From contig JBIIJD010000003.1 in the NCBI GenBank assembly GCA_044234105.1, forward strand, positions 36,422 through 100,421: DNA of 64,000 nt, in the 5' to 3' direction. This stretch comes from Aureliella sp. Its GTDB lineage: Bacteria > Planctomycetota > Planctomycetia > Pirellulales > Pirellulaceae. This document shows positions 1-9,553 of the stretch, piece after piece; positions within the stretch are counted from its first letter, which is position 1, and every line of letters begins with the position of its first letter. A model generated the notes under the pieces. The model saw nothing but the letters and a program-made list of their open reading frames with translations. It did no database searches and was not told the DNA's origin. The position numbers were made by a program, and so were the translations under genes.

Positions 1-483
1 CACTTCGCAGTCGTCACCCAGCTGGCAACCTTCCATCAAGGTAACTCCCGAATGAACCCAACAGCGCTGGCCTATTCGGCAGTTCGCACCGATCACGCTG
101 TATTGATCGATCCGGGAACCGGTGCCAATTTGTGATGTAACATCAACGCTGGCGGTTGGATCGACATGAATTGCAGTAGAAGACGCATCCAGATGTAAAG
201 TAGCACTCGCAGGCCGAAGCCGAATAACTATTGCTTGGAAGGCGGAATGAATATCCTGGACGACAAGCATCGTCTTTTTACAACCTGGGTGCGCATGCCC
301 TGCGACAACAGCCGAAGCTGATGAAGCGTTGACCAGCGCGACATGCTTCTCAGAATCCATCAACGTAATGCAACCATCCACTGCATCTTGCAAGGGAAGC
401 GCATCACAGATATGGCTTACTAGTGGTCCGACCAAACGACCACCAACCAAGTCGGCTAATTCTTGTAACAAAACTCTTTCCAT
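1..483 (-). CDS. lpxD: UDP-3-O-acylglucosamine N-acyltransferase (LpxD), N-terminal part; 3' end lies beyond the window start
   Basis: Reverse-strand ORF open at the window edge, so it is absent from the ORF track. The rc ATG at 483..481 gives MERVLLQELADLVGGRLVGP..., followed by hexapeptide-repeat-like segments (...IGANCRIGQRCWVHSGVTLMEGCQLGDDCEV). Confidence 0.7.
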   Translation of the reverse strand, partial: MERVLLQELADLVGGRLVGPLVSHICDALPLQDAVDGCITLMDSEKHVALVNASSASAVVAGHAHPGCKKTMLVVQDIHSAFQAIVIRLRPASATLHLDASSTAIHVDPTASVDVTSQIGTGSRIDQYSVIGANCRIGQRCWVHSGVTLMEGCQLGDDCEV

Positions 484-798
484 CGAAACTTCCTTGCAAA
501 ATAGACTCCATCAGGACTTTTCACTAGATAGCATTTTCACCCCATTTCCACAACGGCGACCTTGCCAAATCAGCTTCGAATTCTGGTCGATTTCCGAATT
601 TCGATCAGAGGTTGCCCCTCAATAATCAGCGGGCATAGCTTGTCCAGTCCAAGCTTATGGTGCGTTACGAGGTCCCAACAAACGAAGGGCTGAGAAATCA
701 CTCTTCGGTCAGCAACTTTCGTAGCGTCCAATCTCTTTGCGTCACCGACCTCTGCACGTCACCCTAAACCCATGACAACTTCAGTTAGCTGAAATATT

Positions 799-851
799 GC
801 GAAAAAATCGATTTTTCGCCTATTGACGAAACTTGGCATCTAGCTTACTAT
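799..851 (+). promoter_or_regulatory. Putative sigma70-type promoter with an adjacent palindromic operator for the gntR-ABC operon
   Basis: 8-bp inverted arms GCGAAAAA (799..806) and TTTTTCGC (812..819). TTGACG at 823..828, a 17-nt spacer, then TACTAT at 846..851. AAGGA at 881..885 precedes ATGs at 889 and 892. Confidence 0.4.
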
Positions 852-888
852 CATGCTAGTACACCAGAGCACTACCAGCAAAGGACTT

Positions 889-1299
889 ATGATGTTCTTT
901 TCCATTGACCCAAAAAACGGTGTGGCGATCTATGATCAGATCGTCAGGCAGGTCAAGTTTGCCGTCGCCGAGGGGACACTGCGTTCGGGACAGCTACTTC
1001 CTAGCGTCAGGACGCTCAGTCAGCAACTGACCATCAACCCAAACACCATCAACCGTGCCATGCAGCAATTGCAATCGGACGGAGTGTTGGAATCGGTGCG
1101 CGGAATTGGCCTGACGGTTCGGGCCAATGCACTTCAGGCTTGCCAGGAGGCTCGTCGATCGATCGTCGCCCAGCGATTGCGCTCTGTACTCTCCGAAGCG
1201 CTCCATGCAGGCTTGGGCTCTGAGGAAATTCATCAATTGGTCAGCGGGCAACTGGAGGAACTCGACGGTCAAATTCAGACCATTGCGAACGCACCCTGA
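889..1299 (+). CDS. GntR-family transcriptional regulator, short YtrA-like subtype
   Basis: Winged-helix GntR signature: IYDQIVRQVKFAVAEGTLRSGQLLPSVRTLSQQLTINPNTINRAMQQLQSDGVLESVRGIGLTV. It is only about 136 aa and is followed by an ABC ATPase, as in ytrA operons. The ORF-track start at 853 lies inside the predicted -10/TSS region, so ATG 889 or 892 is preferred. Confidence 0.85.
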   Translation: MMFFSIDPKNGVAIYDQIVRQVKFAVAEGTLRSGQLLPSVRTLSQQLTINPNTINRAMQQLQSDGVLESVRGIGLTVRANALQACQEARRSIVAQRLRSVLSEALHAGLGSEEIHQLVSGQLEELDGQIQTIANAP

Positions 1300-1393
1300 T
1301 AGATCGAAGTCATGCGACCGCTGGCAAAAGCTCTCAAGCTTCAAACAACAACTCCACCCAATCTACAGCTTACCACCTTATCAAGGCGAACTG

Positions 1394-2374
1394 ATGAACA
1401 CTGAAACAACAACCGCTGCTTCGTCCAACACAGCCATTTCGATAGACCAATTGACTGTGTCATATCCCGGCTGCTTGGCTTTGGATCATGTCAACCTGAC
1501 GATTCCCAGCGGCACGGTCTACGCGCTGCTGGGCGAAAATGGGGCCGGTAAAACAACGCTCATTCGCGCTCTGACCGGTTTCTTAAAGCCTAGCTCGGGT
1601 CGCTGCCAAGTGCTTGGTCTGGACCCGGCCATCGATGCGCTATCCATCCGCCAGCGTATCGGTTACGTCTCGGATGCGCCGGCTCTTTATGATTGGATGA
1701 CTGTAGGTGAAATCGGATGGTTTGCTGCTTCGTTTTATGCGACTGGATATCTGGAGCGGTATCGTGAGTTGATCGCTGGCTACGAAGTGCCCGAGTATCG
1801 CAAGATCAAAGCGCTTAGCAAAGGGCAGCGTGCCAAAGTCGCCTTGGCATTGGCACTTGCGCATGATCCTCAGTTGCTGATCCTTGACGAGCCCACATCG
1901 GGACTGGACCCGCTGGTTCGACGCGAATTTCTGGAAAGCATGCTAGACCGCGTAGCAACCGGCCGAACGGTCTTGCTTTCCAGTCATCAAATTGCAGAGG
2001 TCGAACGAGTGGCCGACTACATCGCAATCATCCATCAGGGTTCGTTCCGGGTGGCCGACACTCTGCAACGGCTGCGTGAGACCGTCCACGAACTTACCAT
2101 CACCGTGGAAGATCCGCTGGTCAGCTTGCCACTGCTGGCAGAACCGGTTGAAGTATTGAGCGATCAAGCAGAAGGCCGCCAACGACAGTTGATTGTTCAG
2201 GGCATGGATGCTGATTTACTAGAGACATTGCGTAATTGGAATGGAATCAAACAGGTGACCAGTCGCCCGGCCACGCTAGACGAATTGTTCGCAGCCTGTG
2301 TGCGCGGAAGGGGCCAACGCGAAGTCGCTCAGTTACTCAATCGCCCTAATCACAGGTCTTCAGCAATTGCTTAG
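1394..2374 (+). CDS. ABC transporter ATP-binding protein
   Basis: Walker A GENGAGKTTL, signature LSKGQRAKVALA, Walker B LLILDEPTSGLD and H-loop SSHQ. Start chosen at MNTETTT (1394); the longer track ORF (1127) overlaps the gntR gene. Confidence 0.9.
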   Translation: MNTETTTAASSNTAISIDQLTVSYPGCLALDHVNLTIPSGTVYALLGENGAGKTTLIRALTGFLKPSSGRCQVLGLDPAIDALSIRQRIGYVSDAPALYDWMTVGEIGWFAASFYATGYLERYRELIAGYEVPEYRKIKALSKGQRAKVALALALAHDPQLLILDEPTSGLDPLVRREFLESMLDRVATGRTVLLSSHQIAEVERVADYIAIIHQGSFRVADTLQRLRETVHELTITVEDPLVSLPLLAEPVEVLSDQAEGRQRQLIVQGMDADLLETLRNWNGIKQVTSRPATLDELFAACVRGRGQREVAQLLNRPNHRSSAIA

Positions 2375-2438
2375 GAATCACTTCAGACGCTAATGGCCAC
2401 TGCAATCACATTTTGACACTTGGGGAGTACCATCAACC

Positions 2439-5060
2439 ATGCCTGCTATAGCCTATCCGCGTCGACTTTGGTGGAAAGAGCTGAGACAACTGCTACCACT
2501 TTTCACGCTGATTCCCATCGTAGGCGCTCTCCTGTTTCTAGCGCGATTGATAACCGTGAACTGGATCGCAATGCCTTTATCTTCCATTCAAGACCCGCAG
2601 CAGTTTATCTGGATAATCCCTTGTCTGTTTGCGGCCGGAGTCGGAGCAATACAGGTGAGCCAAGAGAAGGAGAATCGCACGCTCTACTGGCTAGCCAGCT
2701 TGCCGGTTTCTCCCACAACTCTAGTCTTCATCAAAATGATCTTAGCTTTGTCTGTGCTGGCTTTGCTTTGGCTGATCTGGCTGCCGGTGGCCGGATTGCT
2801 ATTTCAGTTGGCCGGCGAGTCAACCTACCGGCTTTATGACCGAGTTCCCAACTGGCTGCTGTACAGCGTCTACCTGATTTTTGCTGGGTCCGCTCTGGCA
2901 TGGCGCACTGCGGGTCCCTTGCCTGCGCTGTTGTCGCTAACTGTCGCCGCAGCCGTGCCAGTTGTCCTGCAAAGCTTGCGCTATTTCATCCAGATGAACC
3001 AGCATGACAACCAGTATCCCAATCTTCTGATTCTGCTGACCTGCAGCCTAATAGCTTTGTTCTTAACGCTATTATGGTCGCGGCGATATTTTCAGATCGA
3101 ACAGACCGGGACCGGCACTCGATTCGGACCTAGTGGCCCAACACCGACCGCTTGGCATTTGCTTAACCTGGATCAACCGCTGATCCAACAGGCGCTTGGA
3201 CGACGCGCGACCCTGGCACCGCCTGCTAGTCGGTACTCGGCCCTGCTGTGGCAATCTTGGCATCAAAACGGAAGATGGTTGTTAGCTTTAGGTACCTTCG
3301 CGGTTCTCGCCATAGCTCTGGGCTCACGATTTCTCTTCGCGTGGGGAGGGGCGGAGGTCTATTCTAAGTATTCATACGTTCACACCGTAACAGTGTTATC
3401 CCTGGCAGTTGGTACCCTCCTATCGCTGATTTGGATGGGCAGCCTGGTGTTTCTGAGCGATAGCTCAGGACGGAGAATCAGCTTTTTGTCGGACCGCGGT
3501 GTGGCGCCAGGATTGACCTGGGCGACTCGCCATGCACTACCAGCTACCATCGCAATTCTAGCTGTCTGTTTGGGAGTCGCATTGGCTCGACTGGATCTAA
3601 AAGCTATCGGGGAAACCGAGTGTTTGATTTTAGTACTGATGGCATGGCTATTGTACGGCGCCTCACAATGGACGGCTCAGGTGATCCCTAGCGTCACGCT
3701 TGCATTTCTAGCGGCTCCGCTGTGCAGCCTGATGATGTTGTTTTACTTCGCCTTAACCATGTCCATGTTAGGTACACCGTTGATTCTCATGATGTCCTTC
3801 TTCGTGATACCGCTAGCGGCCACTTGGCATGGAATGCGAACCTGGATGGACCGCAGCCATCAGCGCAAATTCTACTTGACCCACTTGGGCTGGTTGTTGG
3901 CGATCCTGGTGATTCCCGTCATGCCCCTTGCCTGGTCCGCGTTCAACGAGCCCAAGTTGTCGGCAAGCATTGAGCAAGAGATGTTGGACCTTCTAAAGGA
4001 CCAGCCAGCTTTCAACGACAAGCTGCCTGGAGTTGTCTTGCGCTATTCTTCAGAACAATCAACGCCGACATATGAACACGACGCCGGACCATCGGACGAC
4101 TCCCCCCAGCACAAGTCGCTACTGGATCACCAGCGAGAAGTCATGCAGGATCTGTCTAATCAATTGGCAAAAGTATCAACAGGCGTTGCTGTTGGCAACA
4201 ATGACAGTGGTCGCAACGATGTGATAAGAGCCTGTCAATATCTCCACTCCATCTGTCAGCTCACCCGCCTATCTTGGCTGAAGCAGCCAGCTACCGACGA
4301 ATCTCTGAAGCATTATCGGACTGCTGTTCAGATACTTCAGAAGATTGCCTATCAAATGCGACTGAATCAATCGATCCTAGCTCAAGATCTTGCAGATGTA
4401 GTTGAGATCTGGCTGTTGGCCGAACTGGAGCAACCTGAAAGCCTGAAAAACATGGGCGAAAACGTGTATGCCAGTCTGGTCAAGCAAATTGGTGATATCC
4501 CGCAGCGAAAAGCTGCTAGACGACTGGCTGTGGCCCGCAGCTTTCAGATCGCTCAACAGGATCGAGAATCTAGTACGCTGGGTGGGTACGGGCAGGACAT
4601 CTTTCAACATGGATCCATGTTTGGTCTGCCTCAGGGCCTACTTCAAAATTGGCTTTTCCAATTCAAGCGACAACAGATAGCTGCTGGTGATTTATGGTTA
4701 TTAGCAAGTGCCTCGCCGGCCGTAACAGTTGCTAATCCGCCGACCAGTGAGAGTCCAACACTCACGTCTGTAGACCGTGAACTACTGCAGCGGATCGCTC
4801 GTTTCTGGGATCGCAGCCCATCCATCTACGGACTCATCGACACAATTCCCTCAGCAAGAGTTGATGATGTGAGAAATACTCTGGCGGTCCATGTTGCAGA
4901 CCAGTTCGTTGCACCGGGACTGCAGTGGAACGCTGGCTGGGAACGTCAGGCGGCGGTGCTGCTCAAGGAGCTACCGAACGTCCTGCAATCGGCTGCGGAG
5001 CAACGTGCAGGGGATGAGCAACTGACAGGGGACACTCAGCAAGATGAAGAGGGGAAATGA
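2439..5060 (+). CDS. Large polytopic membrane protein (putative permease partner of the ABC ATPase) with a C-terminal soluble domain of about 400 aa
   Basis: 873-aa ORF. The N-terminal ~470 aa contain many hydrophobic helices, and the C-terminal half is hydrophilic and helix-rich. It sits immediately downstream of the ATPase. Confidence 0.6.
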   Translation: MPAIAYPRRLWWKELRQLLPLFTLIPIVGALLFLARLITVNWIAMPLSSIQDPQQFIWIIPCLFAAGVGAIQVSQEKENRTLYWLASLPVSPTTLVFIKMILALSVLALLWLIWLPVAGLLFQLAGESTYRLYDRVPNWLLYSVYLIFAGSALAWRTAGPLPALLSLTVAAAVPVVLQSLRYFIQMNQHDNQYPNLLILLTCSLIALFLTLLWSRRYFQIEQTGTGTRFGPSGPTPTAWHLLNLDQPLIQQALGRRATLAPPASRYSALLWQSWHQNGRWLLALGTFAVLAIALGSRFLFAWGGAEVYSKYSYVHTVTVLSLAVGTLLSLIWMGSLVFLSDSSGRRISFLSDRGVAPGLTWATRHALPATIAILAVCLGVALARLDLKAIGETECLILVLMAWLLYGASQWTAQVIPSVTLAFLAAPLCSLMMLFYFALTMSMLGTPLILMMSFFVIPLAATWHGMRTWMDRSHQRKFYLTHLGWLLAILVIPVMPLAWSAFNEPKLSASIEQEMLDLLKDQPAFNDKLPGVVLRYSSEQSTPTYEHDAGPSDDSPQHKSLLDHQREVMQDLSNQLAKVSTGVAVGNNDSGRNDVIRACQYLHSICQLTRLSWLKQPATDESLKHYRTAVQILQKIAYQMRLNQSILAQDLADVVEIWLLAELEQPESLKNMGENVYASLVKQIGDIPQRKAARRLAVARSFQIAQQDRESSTLGGYGQDIFQHGSMFGLPQGLLQNWLFQFKRQQIAAGDLWLLASASPAVTVANPPTSESPTLTSVDRELLQRIARFWDRSPSIYGLIDTIPSARVDDVRNTLAVHVADQFVAPGLQWNAGWERQAAVLLKELPNVLQSAAEQRAGDEQLTGDTQQDEEGK

Positions 5061-6232
5061 TGACCTATCCAATGAAACAATATGGCGTAACCCAACGGAT
5101 GCAACAGCCTTCCGGTGAAAGCACTCATCGATCGACTAGTACCAGAGCAGTTCGATGGCTGGTTGCTTTAACGACCCTATTTGCGCCAGCCCTCATCGCA
5201 TATCACGGCTATCAACTTTGGAGCCAGTCGTCTGAAATCCAGAGTCGCTTGAAACAGATCTCTGCCCGCGCGTTGCCTGTCGACAACGCTTCGTTAGAGC
5301 AGTGGAATCGTAGTCGCAATCACGATACTCAGAGCGCACTTTGGGCGGAAATCTTGGACTTGGTGGAACAGCACTTGATTTCTTATCCCGGATTGCAGAA
5401 GCTACCTAGCTTGGGTCAAACAGAACTGCCGGAAGTTCTGGACCCCAACCAGCCTTGGCAGGAAGTGCCTCATGTGACGGAGTATCTGCAGTACGCTCGG
5501 CCAATTCTTGACAAGCTTCAGCAGGCAACTCAGCGGCCAGAACCAGTCTGGTTGCCATTCGAATTTCGCGGTTTTTATACATCGTCAGGTTACATGCACA
5601 ACTTTCGATCCGTGATGCGATTACTAGCTCTTGAGGTGGAACACGCTTTGTATCACGAAGACGCGACTCGCGCCATGCGAGGACTGCACATGATGAAAAA
5701 TACCAGTCAGTCAGTTCCCTATCCGACAAGCTTAGTTACTAAGATGATTGAGGACGCCTGTGAGGCTGGATATCAGGCTGCCGTTGCCAGGTCTTTGCAG
5801 GTCGATTTGTGGACCGAGGCTCAGTTGGAGGAACTAAGCCAGCAGCTTGCGCCATCCGAGCAGCTTGGCCCATCCGAAAATGTGGTTGACCAGTGGCGTT
5901 CGACGTGGGCTGGAGAACAAGCCATGTTTGCAGCCCATTTTGGCTTAAGTACAGACACTCAGTCCGAAGGATTAACAGTCCGCAGGGTGGGACTGGCGCG
6001 GCTTCAGAGAGTGTATCTAGAATTGTCAGAGGAACTTCAGTCGATGGCGACCGATGACCTAAGTCAACTGTTGGGTGCCGCAGAGAAATTGGAACAGTCG
6101 CTGATTCGTCGAGGTCATCAGCCTCAGTCATTTGACGACATGACCTTCGAGTTGCTAACTCCAGCGGTTGCAAGTGCCGCACAAACCTTTGTAAAGCGTG
6201 AAGACGGCCGGCGTCAAACCTCCACAGCCTGA
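5057..6232 (+). CDS. Membrane-anchored hypothetical protein, translationally coupled (ATGA) to the upstream gene. An in-frame TGA at 6230 is followed by 85 more open codons to 6490.
   Basis: 391-aa ORF with an N-terminal TM helix (AVRWLVALTTLFAPALIAYHGY). Its start overlaps the stop of 2439..5060. See the finding on the in-frame stop. Confidence 0.6.
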   Translation: MMTYPMKQYGVTQRMQQPSGESTHRSTSTRAVRWLVALTTLFAPALIAYHGYQLWSQSSEIQSRLKQISARALPVDNASLEQWNRSRNHDTQSALWAEILDLVEQHLISYPGLQKLPSLGQTELPEVLDPNQPWQEVPHVTEYLQYARPILDKLQQATQRPEPVWLPFEFRGFYTSSGYMHNFRSVMRLLALEVEHALYHEDATRAMRGLHMMKNTSQSVPYPTSLVTKMIEDACEAGYQAAVARSLQVDLWTEAQLEELSQQLAPSEQLGPSENVVDQWRSTWAGEQAMFAAHFGLSTDTQSEGLTVRRVGLARLQRVYLELSEELQSMATDDLSQLLGAAEKLEQSLIRRGHQPQSFDDMTFELLTPAVASAAQTFVKREDGRRQTSTA

Positions 6233-6616
6233 GGCATCAAGCGGTTTCAGAAGCGGTTCGGGAAATGGCCCGAGCGACTGACGGATCTTACGGCCATTGG
6301 TCATACAGCGGAAAATTGGCAGACTATCCGAAGCGGCGAATTCGGTTATTCTTCGGAGACTGACAGGGCGTGGCTCTGGTCTTATCGTCAGGATAATCGA
6401 TACGAAATGGTGCCCGAAGAGCGTCCAGAAGAGCCATCCGAGGACACGGAAGAAAATCAACCTTCCTTCCGGTTGATTCTTATCCGCTAAGACCAACCGT
6501 TTCGATCCTTCAACCAACAACGGTTCGAGCACATAAGCGGCTAAAATGCTTGACTTGCTGCCTGACCAGCTTTGCTGAAATCAAGCTAAATGTGTTAGCA
6601 TCCCACTTTAGCATTG

Positions 6617-7780
6617 CTATCGTCGCAATTGCAGACCGGCCTTCTTTGGCGCCACACCCTGCGACGCTCCAGAACGAATGGTGGTAGCATGTGTAGCACT
6701 GGCTGCTGCGTTGTTGTCACCACTTCGACTGTATTCTGTCCTGCTGCCGGTCGACTGGCCTGAGGCTTGCGCTGCTGACGCGGTTACTAAGTTGGCTGAC
6801 GGAACCACGTCGGGAAGTGTTGCAATCTGAACGCTGCCTAACGACTCGCGTAGGTTGGGATCCGAATCGCTACTAGCTATTTGACTAGCCGTATCCGTTC
6901 GGTTCTGTGCACTTATCCGTTGACGCCGCTGAAGCGAGATCTGGGCGGCGATTGCCGCAAATTCGTTGCGTACCGATTCATGATGTACATTTAATTGCCC
7001 CGCAATGCTCTGAGCCGCCTGAGGATGTTTGGCACATACTTCCGACAACTGGCATACAAACCGAGAGGTCTCTTGGTAATTGTGATCGGTGATTTTGCCA
7101 ACCATCGGGCCCAATGTTCGAGTCAGCAGGTCGGCTCCCAGATTATCCACTCTAAGGAATACATCCATCGTTCCGTCGATCAAGTGCCCACTGTGGCTTT
7201 GACCGTGCGGGCGAGACTTGCTGCGCAGTACGCATACGACACGACCTTTGATTGTGCGTGGTACCAAAATCCCATCATACAATCCGGTTCCATAATAGAT
7301 ATGAAGGTCATTTTCACTGTAGATCAGTTCGCAATTGCATTTAGTCCCGGCTCCATCGTCGGCCGAAAATGTATTGGTTCCAGTCCGCTCAGCGGAAATG
7401 TTGGTGATACCGATCAATTCCCAAATATTGACCATCACCTCTGGATGACGAACTAGAAAGTTCAGCAGGTTTGGATCGCATTGCAACGAGTCGCAGTGGG
7501 ACTGACGAATGAAGCTTGGGTTCTCCAGCACTTCACGAACCGCCGTAGAATAGGCATCGGGCATTCGTTGAAAGGGGATGGTTTGAATCGCCGATTCGAT
7601 CAACTGCCTTCGATTCGAGAAAAGATTTTCGGACGGTTCTGCAGCCGCAGCGCTATCGATGGTACTGCACCAAGACTGCAAAATGGCGACCAGCATCCAC
7701 ACTATCGATGGCGCTCTTCGCAGCCAACCAGCATCATGTAGCCGGTTTGCATTGGTTCCAGTCGTATTACTTTGGATCAC
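6617..7780 (-). CDS. Hypothetical secreted protein
   Basis: 387-aa ORF with a signal-peptide-like N-terminus (RRAPSIVWMLVAILQSWCSTIDSAAAA). I recognise no family. Confidence 0.55.
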   Translation of the reverse strand: MIQSNTTGTNANRLHDAGWLRRAPSIVWMLVAILQSWCSTIDSAAAAEPSENLFSNRRQLIESAIQTIPFQRMPDAYSTAVREVLENPSFIRQSHCDSLQCDPNLLNFLVRHPEVMVNIWELIGITNISAERTGTNTFSADDGAGTKCNCELIYSENDLHIYYGTGLYDGILVPRTIKGRVVCVLRSKSRPHGQSHSGHLIDGTMDVFLRVDNLGADLLTRTLGPMVGKITDHNYQETSRFVCQLSEVCAKHPQAAQSIAGQLNVHHESVRNEFAAIAAQISLQRRQRISAQNRTDTASQIASSDSDPNLRESLGSVQIATLPDVVPSANLVTASAAQASGQSTGSRTEYSRSGDNNAAASATHATTIRSGASQGVAPKKAGLQLRR

Positions 7781-8078
7781 CTCAATTCGCCCCCAAATTG
7801 AAATGCTACTATTTCGAAAAGACTTGCCTAGCGTGCCATTGGTTTGATTAGGACCGGTTAGGCAGTTCGGTATACTCTGGGAATATTCGGCAGTAACTGA
7901 CCTGCCGCCTCATTCAACTTGTGCGGATTAGGCGGAAAGTAGCAGACGGTTGCAACGACCGCTTGCGATCATTGACATTCTCCTAGACCCAGCGTTAACG
8001 GATTTTGATCTTGAGCAATTCTCGGCATTTTGCGAAAAGGCACACAAGTTGCTTAGAACCGTTGCGGAGTTTCGCTAG

Positions 8079-9392
8079 ATGACCGACAACAAACAGAACA
8101 TCGAGAGAATCGACTTACGATTTCGGGCTCCCGGCCCGCGACCCTCACGATGGTTACCGGGAGGTGCCTGGCTCTGGTTTGCCATAGGACTGGCCGTTGG
8201 GGCGGGCGGTTGGCTGTACGCTAAGCAACATCTAAGGTCGCACCTAGCCAAGCAAGTGGAGCCAAGCTGGTCGGCCAAAGAATCGATGATAGCCCTAGAA
8301 GCGTTAGGCGTCCTGGGTTCAGACACAGACGCTCTACTGGTCCGTGGCATGCAACATGGCGACCAGCGCGTTGCCAGAACCGCCTGGAATAAACTAGGAA
8401 TCCGCATCGATCAGTGGTCTAGCCTGCCGTTGCTGCAACAGCAAGCGCAGATCGAGCATCTTGTCAAACAGTTGTCTCAGTTGCCCAGTTCCCTGCCTGA
8501 AGACAATCAGATTTTGGTTCGAAGCTTGGCCGCAAAACTGTACTCACTGTGTGTGACGATCAATGATCCGCAACTGCAAGCAACCATGGCCCATTGCCAG
8601 CGATTGTTTAGCCCAGGCCACCACCAGGCTATCAGCAACATCGCCATGGATGATTTAATTGACTTGCGTGGGCCCAAGACTGTACTTCCAGCGCCCGAGC
8701 CAGTTCCGACTGGCGTAGCCAATCGCCTTCAACAGACCCAAGTGCTTCCGCCCGAACAGCCCGAATCGGACACGACTCTCATAAGTCCTGCGCTGCATGA
8801 CACATCGTTTCACCTGAGCGTCTCAAACACCGCGCAAGTCGCTGGCACAACCATTTCTAGTGAACTTGCGAAAGCAAATAGGTATAATCAGCCAACTGCA
8901 TCCAGCTCCAAGCCCGAATTGCCCGCGCTAGCCAAAACCCCTGCGTCTGTTGCCAGCTACGCACTGCCGGGAATCAAACAAAGCTCCGAAATTCCCGATC
9001 TGGGTGAAGTGACCAAGATTGAAATTGCAGAGCTGGTTCGATTATTGGCCAGCGACAATCCCGACATCACCAAAGCTGCCACATTGGCATTAAGAAACCA
9101 TGGGCTAAGCGACTGCCGCATCGAACTGGCTTCGGAATTAGCAACCGGGTCGGCGGTACGACGCATGGAGTTGATTCAGCAGCTTGCCGTATCCCCAGAT
9201 CTAGACCCCCGCCCCTGGCTTGTCTGGATGGCCGAAGACGGTCAGCCGGAAGTTCGCCGACTGGCAGTTTCTCTACTTAGTTCCATGTTGGACCCAGAAA
9301 TCGAGCGAAGCATGCGAATGCTGCTATTTCGCGAGCAAGACGAACCGACTCGGGATCAAATTCGCAAAGTGCTGTTAAGCGCCTCAAAGTAG
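8079..9392 (+). CDS. Membrane-anchored hypothetical protein with HEAT-like repeats at the C-terminus
   Basis: 437-aa ORF with an N-terminal TM helix (WLWFAIGLAVGAGGWLY). C-terminal helical repeats such as LVRLLASDNPDITKAATLALRNHG and DGQPEVRRLAVSLL. Confidence 0.5.
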   Translation: MTDNKQNIERIDLRFRAPGPRPSRWLPGGAWLWFAIGLAVGAGGWLYAKQHLRSHLAKQVEPSWSAKESMIALEALGVLGSDTDALLVRGMQHGDQRVARTAWNKLGIRIDQWSSLPLLQQQAQIEHLVKQLSQLPSSLPEDNQILVRSLAAKLYSLCVTINDPQLQATMAHCQRLFSPGHHQAISNIAMDDLIDLRGPKTVLPAPEPVPTGVANRLQQTQVLPPEQPESDTTLISPALHDTSFHLSVSNTAQVAGTTISSELAKANRYNQPTASSSKPELPALAKTPASVASYALPGIKQSSEIPDLGEVTKIEIAELVRLLASDNPDITKAATLALRNHGLSDCRIELASELATGSAVRRMELIQQLAVSPDLDPRPWLVWMAEDGQPEVRRLAVSLLSSMLDPEIERSMRMLLFREQDEPTRDQIRKVLLSASK

Positions 9393-9553
9393 CTAATACA
9401 CGGAAAATTCGGCGGCCTTGACTGTAGAAATCGTAAATGTCAAGAGTATTTGATTAGGCTAGGTAAATTGCCGATATTAGAAGCGAGACTTGCGATCGAA
9501 GGATTGACCGTCTCAATGTTGACCGTTCGGATGATGACATAATTGCAGGAAGC

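Noticed and set aside
329-625. Many ORF-track entries lie antisense to, or out of frame with, strongly supported genes. Examples are 329..625+, 994..1344-, 12701..13450+, 16010..16474+, 24256..24744-, 32639..33136+ and 54765..55181-.
   Set aside because: They overlap genes with clear family motifs and have Arg/Ser/Pro-rich, low-complexity translations typical of shadow ORFs in moderately GC-rich DNA. They have no recognisable motifs.
5844-5879. Tandem 18-nt duplication CAGCTTGCGCCATCCGAG / CAGCTTGGCCCATCCGAA inside the CDS 5057..6232.
   Set aside because: It is in-frame (QLAPSE-QLGPSE). This is an ordinary slippage-type duplication in a linker region.
6233-6300. A selenocysteine insertion (SECIS) hairpin after the in-frame TGA at 6230.
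   Set aside because: The downstream sequence has a direct repeat (AAGCGGTT twice) and only a 4-bp CGGG/CCCG stem. There is no bacterial SECIS-like stem-loop at the expected distance.
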